From: Chromera velia
Lineage: Eukaryota
DNA length: 48,601 nucleotides
Direction of reading: 5' to 3'
NCBI GenBank assembly: GCA_018398765.1
Contig: JAHBMJ010000411.1
Location: 1 to 48,601, forward strand
Shown here: piece after piece, positions 23,320 to 36,161 of the stretch
Layout: every line of letters begins with the position of its first letter
How positions within the stretch are numbered: the first letter of the stretch is position 1
The notes under the pieces: generated by a model
Database searches by the model: none
The model's input: only the letters and a program-made list of their open reading frames with translations
Told to the model about the DNA's origin: nothing
Made by a program: the position numbers and the translations under genes

Positions 23320-26212
23320 ATGTTTTTCTCCAGCACAAGCGCAGAGCCCAGCGCTTCTAGCCGCGACAGCAAAGACAGGCTCGAATTGTTGGAAGGATTC
23401 CGTCGAAAGTGTTTCGAGAGACAGGTATATATTAATATGTGCACATGCGTGCAACACCTCGCGCACAAATTAGAAATATCTCTTGATATACATTCTCTTA
23501 TGTTGCTTCATTCATGATTGTACGATGCCTGCAGCTCAAGCACCTCGCTGGCGTTGTATCCTGGACTGCAGTGGTGATGATTGTTTTCGCTGTCTCATTC
23601 GGGCTTCTGGGAATAGCGGCCGTTCGGGAAGTTGTGCCGGGCGTTGTTGCTTGGCTTGGCCTCTGTGTTGTTTTTGCACCTGACAACTTCCTCAGTCAAA
23701 AGCGCCTGACGCCCGTGCTGAGGGAGAATCTGGCTCTGGCTGGCCTTCTCAGTTCCATCCTGCTACTTAGACTGAGCACCTTCACCTGGGAGCCAGAGTC
23801 ATCGATGCTTCTGTTTACCGGTTGGGGATACGTGGGTCAGTCAAAAATGACTGACCTTTAAAATTTCTGCCGGCCTTTTCACACATTCTCTGTTTTGTTT
23901 CTTTCCCTTTTTGAACGTTCAAACACCCTCTTTCTAGCTCCTTCTGACGCTGCGTGCTTCCCTACGTACATGCACAGGTGCGCATGGCAGAGTGTGACTA
24001 TTCCCGGACGTGCGTGTGTGTGTGTGTGTGTGTGTGTGCGTGTGTGCGTGTCTGCACGCAGCCGCATTCATGAAAGTGATTCTGGCTGTCCTTCACATCC
24101 CCGACCGCTCCTTCATGTTCTTGAACATCCTTGACACCGTCCTTTGGTCACTCACCGGAATTGTGAGGTCAAAATCCGACTCCGAAAACTTCCCAGAAAT
24201 CGCCTTCTTCGCAGTAGCAGCGGCCCCAGGTCCCCTCCTGTTGGCCTGGGGGTTACGACAATTACCTCTGTTGACACTCGCAGATGCAGAAAAGGAGGTA
24301 CAGCAACGTGTAGCTGCCGAGCAAGCAAGGAATGTGTTCTTCAGCGACGTGATGCATGAGATGAGGAACCCTCTCTCTGGGGCCACTCTGCTTGTTCACG
24401 AGTTTGTGGGTGCGTTGAAAGACATGTCGCGTAGAATTGGCAAGAGGCGGATCAATCTCGCTGAAGCAAGGGAAGTGGTAGAAGAGACTGTCATTCGTCT
24501 CCAACAACGTCACTGATGGCAACCCAATTTGAAAAAATGAAAGTTGTTTGTGATGATGCGTTGCAACTTGAAAAAATCCAAAAAGGAAAATTTGAACACG
24601 AATTCCGTCCTGTCATCTTGGAAGACTGGACCCGAAAAGTCGCATCTCAGGTAGCCCCCCTTTTTGGGACAGAAAACATCTCAACAGGGGTTGGTGGTGT
24701 CAAAGGAGCAGCAGGTGGAAGAAGGCGAAGTCTCTCCATCGGTTCCATTCCCCCCCCCCCGGGGAGTTTCAGTGCTCGACCCTCAAAGTGGACCCGGAAG
24801 TTCATCCGATTCTCTCAGCGCATCCAGTCGCAGTTGCTGATTTCACGAGACTGGAACAGGTGATTTCAAATTTCGTCAGCAATGCCCAAAAATTCACAAA
24901 GAGTGGTTCAGTCAAGCTCAAATTCGAGGTGACGGGTGACGGGAGGGGGGGGCTGGTTTCGACTGGAAGCTCTCCCCCAATTGTTGTGGAGAGCAAGCAG
25001 GCGTCCTGCGCACGAGCCTTGAAGGAGAAAAGCGATACAGAGAGCATAGCAGCAAGCGCTGATGGTCTCATTTGGGTCTGTTTGAAAGTCTCTGTAACTG
25101 ACACGGGGGCGGGTTTAAGTAAGGAAGATATGGGTAAGTTGTTTGAGCCCTACAGCCAGGTGCGTGCGGGAGAGCTGCAAAACGGGGGCGGGACAGGTCT
25201 GGGTCTGTGCATTTGCAAGAGCTTCGTTGAAGCCCACACAGAGGGGTATATTGGGGTGGAAAGTCTCGGGAGGGGGGCGGGGAGTACATTCTTCTTTCGC
25301 ATTCTCGTTCCGTTGCTGGACTCTTCTTGCGTCCCTACTAGCTCCCTTGGTCAGAAGACGCACGTAAATTCTGTACGAGAGGTGTCGGATCGCAGTGAGT
25401 CTGTCTTGTCTTTGCTCAGTGATGCAATGGCATCATCTGAGGATGTGACTGTCGGGGCGGACCTTTACCCCGTGATGCAAAGGGAAGTTCGGAGAGTGAA
25501 GGAAGGAGGCAGAAGGCGTATGAGCACGGGCGCGATTCGGTTCTCGATGGCGGATAGGAAGAGGCTGTTGGCCTTTCGAGAACCTGGGTGGGACTCCAAG
25601 GGAGATGCAGAAAATGTACAAGAACATCAAGATATTAAAGGAAATCCCCAAACAAGATCTGATGGACAAGACACCGAAAAACAAGTGGGTGCGCTAGGTA
25701 CACACGAGGCTGTACCCACCCACGACAGACACGGTACCCTCCCTGCCCTCGGCACTGCTACTTCCCGTGAGATTGTTGATGTGCTTCTTGTGGACGATGA
25801 CCGTTTCTGCCTGATGGCAGGCTCTGCGGCAATCAAAAAATTAGGATTTTCAGTTCTCACTGCAGAGGATGGCGAAGAGGCCTGTGAGATGATCATCTCT
25901 CAGGGTTTTTCATTCCGATTCGTCTTCGTTGACAGAAACATGGCCTGAATGAACGGACCGGAGACCATCAAAATATTGACTGCCCACTTCGAAGCAAACT
26001 CCGTACAGGCTCAAAAGGATCTTTTGAAACTTCCACACGCGAGTGCGAGTGGGAGCGCGCCGTTACAGAAGAGACCTATCATGGTTGGGTGCACGGGAGA
26101 TGCAACCCAAGAGTCCAAAGACTCTTTCCTCCAAGCTGGAGCTGACCTACTTGTCTTCAAGCCTCTCCAACACGCGCAGCTGAAGGAGACTCTCTCAAAT
26201 GTAGAGTCTTAG
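23320..26212 (+). pseudogene. Membrane-bound hybrid sensor histidine kinase (TM region - HisKA - HATPase_c - REC), disrupted
   Basis: Exons 23320-23424, 23535-23835 (hydrophobic helices) and 24062 onward, with phase-consistent introns. Motifs: H-box FFSDVMHEMRNPL, N-box RLEQVISNFVSNAQKFT, G1 VTDTGAGL, F-box LFEPYSQ, G2 GGTGLGLCIC, G3 GAGSTFFF, receiver VLLVDDD...FVDRNMA*MNG...GCTGDA...AGAD...KP. Lesions: frameshift near 24505-24516, frameshift at or near the C11 run 24750-24760, and in-frame TGA 25946-25948. Confidence 0.85.
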
Positions 26213-26948
26213 CTCAGCATGTATCGTGAAGATGCGTGCATAGCGTAGCTGCGCAGCTGCCACTGAGTCGCATACATCTTTCATTGACGCTTACATAATT
26301 TGTGCTCTTTAATCAGCTTCTAGATTAGCTTTCACTGATTGCATTTCATTTTCATACTATTCTCATTATTATTTTCAAAGTTTACTTTAAATAAGAAGAA
26401 ACTTTGAACTTAAAGCTGATCTCATTATGCTGATATCTTATCTTATAATAAAACCATGACTTCTAGTAAAGCTTGAAGTTTTTAAATACGTTCAACAGTT
26501 TAAACCTCTGTTGGCGCAAAGTATTTCATACTGCAATATCATATATAACTATAAATTTATAAAAAAATGCTTTAAAACTGATACTAACTACTAGTAAGCT
26601 AGCTATAGAATCAATAAAAATTTAGCATTGAAATTTGCAATTTGTTATAATTTGTTGTTAAAGTTTTTGCTACAGTAGTTGTTACATTTCTATCCCGAAT
26701 GAAATGTCAACTCTCCCATTAAATGTGTATTCCTACATATTTGTATAAACAGATCATATTCTTAATGCCCGATATGCTAGCCTCTACGTTAGCCTGCATA
26801 TTCTATCATATCCTAACCTAGATCTAGATCCCTAACTCAATTCAATTTCTTTACATTCTTCAAGGTAGCAGGATATGCCAGTGAGTTTAACTTATACGTA
26901 TGATGAGTAACAGGAGAAAAGCCAGCTTGTATATTTATACCTCGGGCA

Positions 26949-27097
26949 CTATCCTCTTGGGCTTTTCCCTTGAGCATTACGGTTTGAAGGTTGGCCGCCA
27001 TGAAAGGCTCCTTGGCGGTCTAACCCGGGTCGAGGCATCACGCACCCGGCCAGACTTTGATCGAGAGGAACCTCCACCCCTGCATTCATGTACACAG

Positions 27098-27145
<48 letters not shown>

Positions 27146-27770
27146 CGAGAGAGAGACAGTCAAGGAGACAGCAAAAGAGTGTAGAGGATTGGGGTTAAAG
27201 AAAAGAGAATTTGGAGCAGACTGCCTGGATAAGAGGACAGAGATAGTCAGACGCAGTCAAACTGCACAGGCAGCCAAAGGGTTGCAAAGGAAACGACGTG
27301 CCTGTCCTAGACAGATAGGATAGATAGCTGGTCAGACAGATTACTTCTTGAACAGACAAACAGATGGAGGAATATGCAAGGAAGTCTTGATGCACAACTT
27401 TCATGTGCATGCACAGAAGAAGAAAGAAGTGACGCGAGCACACACGAACCAGTGAGGTCTCCTTGAAGTTATCTTGCGATAATCATTTTCATACAGAATT
27501 TTTGTAAAAAAAAAAAAGTACACACCACAGACGTACCAGTGAGGTCTCCTTGAAGTTGTCTTGCGATTATCAGACGCCACACAGTCGCACCGGCGGCTCT
27601 CAAAATGTTCCTGCGAGCAACACGTGCGCGCGTGCATGCATGGAGGGCATGAGTGAAAGAAAGGAAGGAAGGAAGGAAGGAAGGAAGAACAAAACAAACA
27701 AAGAAAGAAAGAAAGAAAGAAAGACACAAACAAACAAACAATGAATGAAGGAAACAAAGAAGGAAGAAAG

Positions 27771-27808
<38 letters not shown>

Positions 27809-30800
27809 AAGAAAGAAAGAAAGAAAGAAACAAACAAACAGAGAATGAAGGAAACAAAGAAGGAAGAAAGGAAGGAAGGAAAGAAAGAAAGAAAGCAAGG
27901 AAGGGACAAACAAACAATCAAACAAACAAACAAACAAGCAAGCAAGCAAGCAAACAAACAAACAAGCAAGCAAGCAAACAAACAAACAAACAAACAAACA
28001 CACGAAGAAAACAAGAAAAGGTGCGTCTTGAATTCACGTGCTTCTGTCTCTCTGTGTGTTCCTATTTCGATTCGAAGGACCCATCGATGCAGACAAATTA
28101 GGGGGACTGCTGGATCGATTGGTCCACTCTTGCTTCACTCAACAGAGAGAGCTTTAGAGAAGCTCCTCCCAAAATCCCCAAGCAGGCAAGCAGACAGGTG
28201 AATTGACGTCACGGTGGAGAAAAGAAACCTATTATTTTATTCCTATTCTCTCTCTCTAATACTTCACATGCTTGGACACCTAGGCGCAAGTGGAAGGAAG
28301 GCAGAAAGTCTGGAGGAGATGAGTGGAGGAGTTTTTCATTCCCTCAAGAACAAAAGGTTTCGGTGTAAGGGCCTCGCGCATAGAAGCATTGCGACCGAGT
28401 TTGTTCGTACGGAGAAAAAATTTACAGAAAACACAAATTGGGCGGTCATGATGAATATGCAAAACACGAAAAGAAAGGGGAGATAAAAAACAGACCGACC
28501 GAAAAAGTTCAATTTCCTCAATGCTGAAAGGACGACATGAGAGGAAGATGAGGTCTGCTCCCTTCTCATCTACCTCATCCTGGTACGTTTCTTTTTTCCT
28601 GTCTCCCCGGAGGGCAGCCCTTCTCTCCTTCTCACTCAAGAGACTCAGCATGTCGGCACGAGAGACGTCCTTCTCATGCACCTCTCTGCAGGCATGCATT
28701 GATTTTCATGCATTTATTTTCATACAGAATCCAGGGAAAATAAAAAGAATTGTATATGAAAATAAAAACACGTCCTTCTCATGCACCTCTCTGCAGGCAA
28801 AATTGAGGGAGGAATGGAGCAGAGATTGCGCATCCTGTCTGGTGGTGCATTTCGCCATTTGGCCCATACATACCATTCCTTCTGGGATTTGTTTCTCTGA
28901 AGGGACTGGATGGCTTGCCTGCCTGCCTGCCTGATGCCGGGCATCGCACAAAGAAGTATGGACCAGTCATCTTCTAACTGTCTACCTGCGTCTATTTACA
29001 GCAATTGTCTGTCTCCAGCGAGTTTTCGTTTTCAGCACTTCATGAGCGCACGAAGAGGAAAACGACAAAGGACCCTTCGACATGTAAAGCAAGCCTGGCC
29101 TCCTATGGCAGACCTTCCACACTTTGCGTCTCTCTGAGTGCCGTCTCCAATTTTGTTGATCAGCTGCACTGTCCCTACAAGCCGCACTGCAGAGACGCCG
29201 TCCCCGAGACGGCGAATCCCGGCAGCCTCTCCGGCACGCCGACGGTCGGGCATCAGACGCGCCTGCAGGGAGACCCGCACACACAGAGACAGGGATGCCA
29301 TTTGAGTCATAAGGACGAGAATAGAAAGAGGCACACACACACACGCATACACACACGCACGTACGTGCGTACACGCATATGCCAGAATCAATTTTCTTAC
29401 GTGGAGCCAAAAGCGGCTTTCCGAAACGGAAACTATGTTCCCAAGACCCCAAACAGACAGCAGGTATCCGGCTTGCCTACTCACTGACTGACTCACTACG
29501 AATTCACTCATTCACTTTCTCACTTACTGACCCTGGCTCACACACCCGATTCTTCGAACAACACACCTACCTACGTACCTGAGTCATGAATGTGTTGTTT
29601 CCCCCGGCCCCCTTCTTCCCTCCCCCCTCATCTCCCAGAGTCCAATTGCCATGATCCTCTGGATTCTCAAACGCCAACGGCCCCAACAGCATGTTTCCGT
29701 TCAGCTGCCCTTTAGCCTTCCCCTTCCTCTCTACACCGTCCACCAGAGGATTCAAAAAGTGCTCCTCTGTCAAGTCAGGCACATACAGGACGCACATACG
29801 GTCCACACATTGTCCCACAAGGCCTGCGTTCAGAGGAAGACGCATGGCTCTCAGTCGCTCCCCCGTGTATTTTTTCTTTTCCTTGAACCTCATGCCGGTC
29901 TGCTTCGTCTCCCCAGCCTCCTTCTGGGCAGGAGAGAGAAGAAGGGAACCGTCAGAGGCGTCAAAAAACAAAATTCGCACAGTCTCAACCTGCACAAAAC
30001 AGGGATCAGAAACACAGCGCAGAGCACGTTTGTGTTTATCACCGTCCTTCCCTCTTTCTCTCCATTTTGCGTACGCATTTCATCTTTCTCATCCCAAAGA
30101 CTTTATGTGTCCATGACTCCACGCACAAGTCGATGTGCATACACATCGCCACCCGGGTTTCACCGACTGTTCCCATCAGGACCAACCACCCTCATCATAT
30201 TCCTCGAATGAGAGACACCTTCTGTTACCAGCAGTACAGAAACAGGACAGCCTCCATAAATGGACAAGTAAAAACACTGTGCACAAACACAAAGCACTGC
30301 GTTGCGTTGAAAGTACACCAGGTGCCCAGTGTCTTGGAAGAAACCTAAAAGCGTACCTGGAAGAATTCCTTCAGTTGCGCCTGTAGCATCTGCTCCAATT
30401 CAGGGAACCCCCTGCATTGGTACAGAGTCGCACAAATCTCCAGACAAGAGAACACCCGGTATTGCATCATCAGAGCACCACGATGGGCCTGCATCCGAGC
30501 CATCACAGCGCCAGCACAGTTGCAGAGAGTCTGCAGGACCTTCGAGTCGATCACAGTGAAGTTCTGCAGACAGGAGGGGAGAAGACACACGGAAGGAAGG
30601 GAGACGCAGTTACATAGCTAGGGGATGCACACGCACAAACAGAACTGGATACACGTGCAGCTTTGCAGAGAGAGCCATTGGATTCCATGATCGAAGGATC
30701 GACAGATCGAGGGATTTAGCTGGAATGACGAAAAAAGGAGCCAGAAAAGAGACACAGGAGAAAAAGTTGGAAGGGGGTCCTGAGCAGCCGGAATCCTGGT

Positions 30801-31573
30801 AACAATGAGCCGAGAAGATATGCAAAAGAAGGGTTACAGATGGGTTCTGCTCTACTCAGTCACAAAGAAAGAACAAAAACCGGAGGCCAAAGAAGCAATT
30901 AAGCCTGCAGGGGGGGAGGGATCGAGAAGGAAGACTGACCCTATACTCTGTCGGATCTCCCGTCTTTTTTTCTCTTTCTGTAGGAAGGAAGGAAGGAAGG
31001 AAGGAAGGAAGATACGCAGACAGAGAAAAGCAGGATGTTAAACGGATTGGCGCAAAGGGCCGCGTCCCTGTTTACTGCAATGCAGACAGTCTTTGCTTTT
31101 TGATTCACTGCAAAAACAACCTGAGAGGTATCCCGCAGATGAAAACGGTCATACGGGAGCACTTTACAGTTTCTTTCAGTCCGTCTCTTTATTTCTCTCC
31201 TGGCTGCATCTGTTGGCTCCTTTTTGTTTCTCTCGTCAAGCCTGGTTGCGCAATTAAGGAAGGTGCTCCTGTCCGAGAGTTTCCGTCGCCACTGACTGAC
31301 TGAGTGACTGACTGACTGGCTGGCTGGCTGACTGACTGACTGACTGAGTGAGTGAGTGAGTGAGTGAGTGACTGACTGACTGACTCAGTGACTGACTGAC
31401 TGACTGTGGACTTGAATCACTGCCAAGACTTTCGAGTTGCCCATGTTTGTGCACACGGCTGAGGCCAGGCAGCGCATCTGGCAGAGAGGAAGACTCCTTG
31501 GCCCTAGGCCCTTGAACACCGGAGTCAACTCTCCAGCCAGTGCAGTCTTTCTCTCTTGGGGAGGCCGGAATAC

Positions 31574-31612
<39 letters not shown>

Positions 31613-33150
31613 TACACGTTCGCGCATGCATTTGTCCTGCTTAGCACACGAAGAAGAAGAAAAAGAACGGAAGCGTTCCCGAGGGTCAACCGAAGTTTCA
31701 GTATCCCTTCCTCGCCCCCATCCCCCCAGAAAATGAAAACAGAGCAATTCCACTCCCCCGTCTCTTCCCTCCAACCCCACCACATGATTCCATCACTGTA
31801 TCTCTATCTGCATGACACCGACCCTCCAACCCCACCACATATTTTCATTACTCTACCTCTATCTGCATGACACCGACCAACCGACCAACCGACTGACCCA
31901 AACCTGGTGAAGGCCGTCCAGGTGGAATTTCGTTGGCTCGGACAGGGATGTTCTCCTCTCGACAACGTTCTTTAGCTCGGACTTCAGGAAAGGGTCCACA
32001 ATGAATGCCACAGGACGGACAGCGTGAGGGAGGGCCTGCTTGATCGTTGCGAGAAGCTCGACCATCGTGTCGTGCTGAGACCGTTTGCGCATCGCCGCGA
32101 CGCCGCACGAGACCATCCGGTGGAGCATCTGCTCCGATTGGACCTGCATGTACAAGGATGGACGGGCGGCCGGGGGCATTCATTCATTTGTGTGTGGAAG
32201 GAATGGGACAGGAGAGGGGGGCCATTCATCGATTTGTGTGTGGAAGGAATGGGACACGAGGGGAAAGGGTAAGCAGAAAGTTAGGGACTGAAGATGATGA
32301 AGCGTGCAACACTCTAGGAAGAAATGGAAGTTCTAACATGCGTCGATCGACAAAAAATTGGACCCCCATTACGTCGTATACACTCGCTGCACGTTGAAAG
32401 AAGGAGACCAAAGATAGATGAAAACGTCCTTGACAGACTGAAGGAAGACCAATCAAATCAATGCACGGACAGACTATATGGTTTCTTTCCCTTTGGACAG
32501 ACAGACAAACAGACAGACAAACAGACAGACAGACTATATGCTTCTTCTTCTTCTTCTCCCTCAGACAGACAGACAGACAGACAGACAGACTATATCATCT
32601 TCTCTTCACTTCACTTTTTCCGAACCGCTTCCTTTCTTTCGGACAGACAGACAGACAGACAGACTATATCGTCTTTTCTTCACTTCACTTTTTCCGAATC
32701 GCTTCCTTTCTTTCGGACAGACAGGCAGGCAGACAGACAGACAGACAGACAGACACACAAACAAGCAGACACAGACAGACAGACACACGGACGACAGACA
32801 GACTATATGTTTCTTCTTCTCCCTTCTTTTCTTCATGGACACAATAGACAAAAGAAGGAAAGCAACAAAGACAAAGGAACATCACGACAACTCAGACAAA
32901 GTGGGCAGGGGGCCCGAAAGGTGAGAGTTAAGCGCCCCTTGCCTCTCCACCTCCCGACAGACTTTCACGTGATCACTGGTTTCACACGCTACTCCTCTGC
33001 TGCTTCCACTCAAGACAAGAAAGAAGAAAAGAAAACAAGGCAAAAAAAACCAACAAAAATTAAAAATGACAACAAAACAGACAGACAGACAGACAGACAG
33101 ACAGACGGACAGACAGACGGACAGACAGACAGACACACGGACAGACAGGC

Positions 33151-33182
<32 letters not shown>

Positions 33183-33235
33183 TATATGTTTCTTCTTCTT
33201 CTCCCTCCTTTTCTTCATGACAGACAGACAGACAG

Positions 33236-33266
<31 letters not shown>

Positions 33267-33329
33267 GACAGACAGACAGACACACAGACGGACAGACAGA
33301 CAGACAGACGCACACACAGACAGACACAA

Positions 33330-33369
<40 letters not shown>

Positions 33370-35418
33370 GGACAGACCTCCGTGATCATCTGATCCCTCC
33401 GTGCCTGTCTCGCGATCTCTTCTCCCTCCACCCCTGCTGTGTGATCTCCTATCTTCGTACTCTCGTTCCATTTGTTCTTTCGGGGCTGGTGCACTGCGGT
33501 CTTCGGGGGCCGACAGGGGGTGCCTCCGGTTGGCGATTTGGAAGCCCGGGGGGATAACGCTGTGGAGACTGGGGGTAGGGGTAAGGGGGTTCGTTTGGGT
33601 GGATCTGTAGTGGGAAGCTGGAGAGAGTGGCTTTGGGGGGGAGGTTCTGTCTTCCGCCTCTCTTGCGGTGGTTGTGTTGCAGCTGTAAAGGAGAGACGTG
33701 CGTTCTTCTTCTTTTTGTCGTCCTCGGGATCATCGTCTATTTGCATCAGGGCTTGGGTTGGAAGATCGAAGGTCATCATACTCGTCGCTTGTTCTGTTGT
33801 GTCAATCAACCTCTCCCCTCCCTCTTCTTGCTCGTCTTGATCACTTACGTCTCCTTCCTCAATCTTCTCCTCCTCACCTTTGTTTGTGTGTGCATCTGCT
33901 GCAATTGCACCTCGCGGAGGGGCCTGTGGATCGTTACCCTCTTTGTGTTCGCCTGCGTTCTTTTTGGCTGCTGTCTGCTCATTTTCAGAAGAAGAGGAAG
34001 ACGATTCTCGCATTGACCCCAAAATCTTTAGATTCCTCTGTATGCCCTCAAGCCGTCGCTTTTCTGCTTCTGCTTTTCGGTCCGTTTCCTTCCACACCTT
34101 TTCATTCAACGTCCCCTTGTCCCCCTCTTCCTCCGACGCCCGTCTCCCTGCAAGCACCCGCTTCATCCCGTCAAACCCCGCCGCCGCCACCTGCGTCCCT
34201 TTGTTGAAAGGGCAGAAGGCTGCAGGGTCGTCTGGACCCAACGCGCGTCTGTCTGCATCCACTCCCACAGGTTCATGTGTCGAATCAAACATCCCCAAAG
34301 AAACCTGCACGCTACCCCTCCGATTCTCATATTTTACACCCCCCCCAAGGTCCACTCCCTTCTCTGTCTCTTTCTCCCGCTCGGATCGGGACGAGGCACT
34401 CGCCCTTGAGCGAGGAGACCCCGAAAGAGAGTGCCTGCTGCCTTTCTCCTTTCGTCTTCTGCCTCGCCGCTTCCTCCTGCCCCCCCCCCCTCCTCCTCCA
34501 CGCTCCGACTCGCTCACTCCCGACAATCCCAGAGAAGTTCTGGAGGCACTCAGGGATGAGGCCGTCATCAACTCAAGAGCACGGCCGTCCTGCATGCATG
34601 GAGGAATTAACGGAGGGAACACACACATACTTACACATGATTTTGAGGGGGCCGAACAAACAAGGAAAGAACGATGGAAGCATAGCGAAGGATATGGTCA
34701 AGACGAAAAAGAAAGAACGAAGAGCGAAACCAACGAGTGAAGAACATGGACGAAATTGGACAAGCAATCAGATCCACATGAGGGACCCAATACCTGTCTG
34801 TTGTGTCGCTACAGTTGCATGGCCAAGACAAAAAAACATCTCTTTTCGCTGTCCCATTTCACATATGTTCTTTCCGCTTCTCCAAAAGGAAAACTATTGA
34901 AACTGATTGCTTACTCACCGCCCACACAATTTGTGCCCGGTGTTTCTCCCCTTCTCTCCCACGTTCCCGCTTGCCCCCTCCGGAAATGACCTTCCCCCTG
35001 TCCACATCTTGCAACGGCTCTGCATGTATCAGGCATTGATTCATTGCAACAAAAGTTCATACGGGGGGAGCCACGGCAAAGTGGGAAATGATCAAGAAGG
35101 GAGGGCACGTCAGCCGGAGAGTCTGGTACACATTTTTCATCTTCGCACAACGCATTGTGACTGAAGGACGGATACACGTATTAGAGGATGATTCACTTTG
35201 TCTTTCTTCCTGGCAAGTATGAATCCAGAGAAGTTGGAACACTGGCAGGCGCATACAATGCAACGGAACCGCTAATGTTGATGTTGAATTTGTGTGCACT
35301 TGTTCAACACTTTTTTTCTCAGTTTTACAAAAAAGGGCATAAAAAGGGTCAAAGAACTCCTGAATGCAGAGGCCCTTCCTGTCAGAAGACCCGCACATGC
35401 ACAAGAAATGATTTTCGA

Positions 35419-35462
<44 letters not shown>

Positions 35463-36117
35463 CGGGCCTTCAAGGAAAAAGGCCCCCTCGTCCCTTCCTT
35501 TCCGAGGAGACTGAGCAGACGCCTCTGTCTTCTCAATCGCCATCGACGCCTCTCGAGGGCTTCCGTCTCCTTGTCGTTGTCGGTACCTCTCCCCTTCACT
35601 GAGACATACGCAGGCGGAGATGGAAGGAAGGTTAGACAAACAGGAGAAAGGATGCGAAAGAGGATGGGCAGGGAGGGCTCTGTTGAGTGTGAAGTGACAG
35701 AACAGAGATGCCAACACCTGAAGTGGCACTGTTGTGTGGTTGGTTTTTTTTTCTGCCTCTCGTTCTGCGGCTCTACCCTCTTTTCATCTATCGATTTTTG
35801 TATTTGAATGAATGTCCCGAGTACACCGTCTCGAGCTTCAACAGCCTCCTTCGTTCAAAATGAGCCCCTCTATTCTACCTGCAACACAACACGCTCCTCC
35901 TCTGCCAGGCGAATGAACACTTTTGTCTTCTTCAGTCTCCTCTTGCCAACAAATTCAGGAGACAGACAAAGAGGGTGCATGCTGCCACCATCATGCAGGC
36001 TGACCCACCTAGAGTCCGAACTAGAGGAGGAGGAGGAAGAAGCGCCCAAGTCCCCCTCCCCCCGCACTGCTCTGAGACGTCCCTCCCTTCCTCTCGCGGC
36101 CCCAGGAACGCCTCCTG

Positions 36118-36161
<44 letters not shown>

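Noticed and set aside
25946..25948. TGA recoding (Trp/Sec/readthrough) in the kinase receiver domain
   Set aside because: The gene also has frameshifts, the position is a variable one not expected to be Trp or Cys, and CGA-to-TGA decay is simpler.
26339..26362. TTGCATTTCATTTTCATAC, a partial match to the hairpin-insert arm (also a weak match near 9948-9985)
   Set aside because: No CAGAATT core or flanking duplication visible, so not counted as family members.
32324..33557. QTDR/TDRQ-repeat ORFs on the plus strand
   Set aside because: Translations of intronic (GACA)n tracts antisense to the GAF gene.
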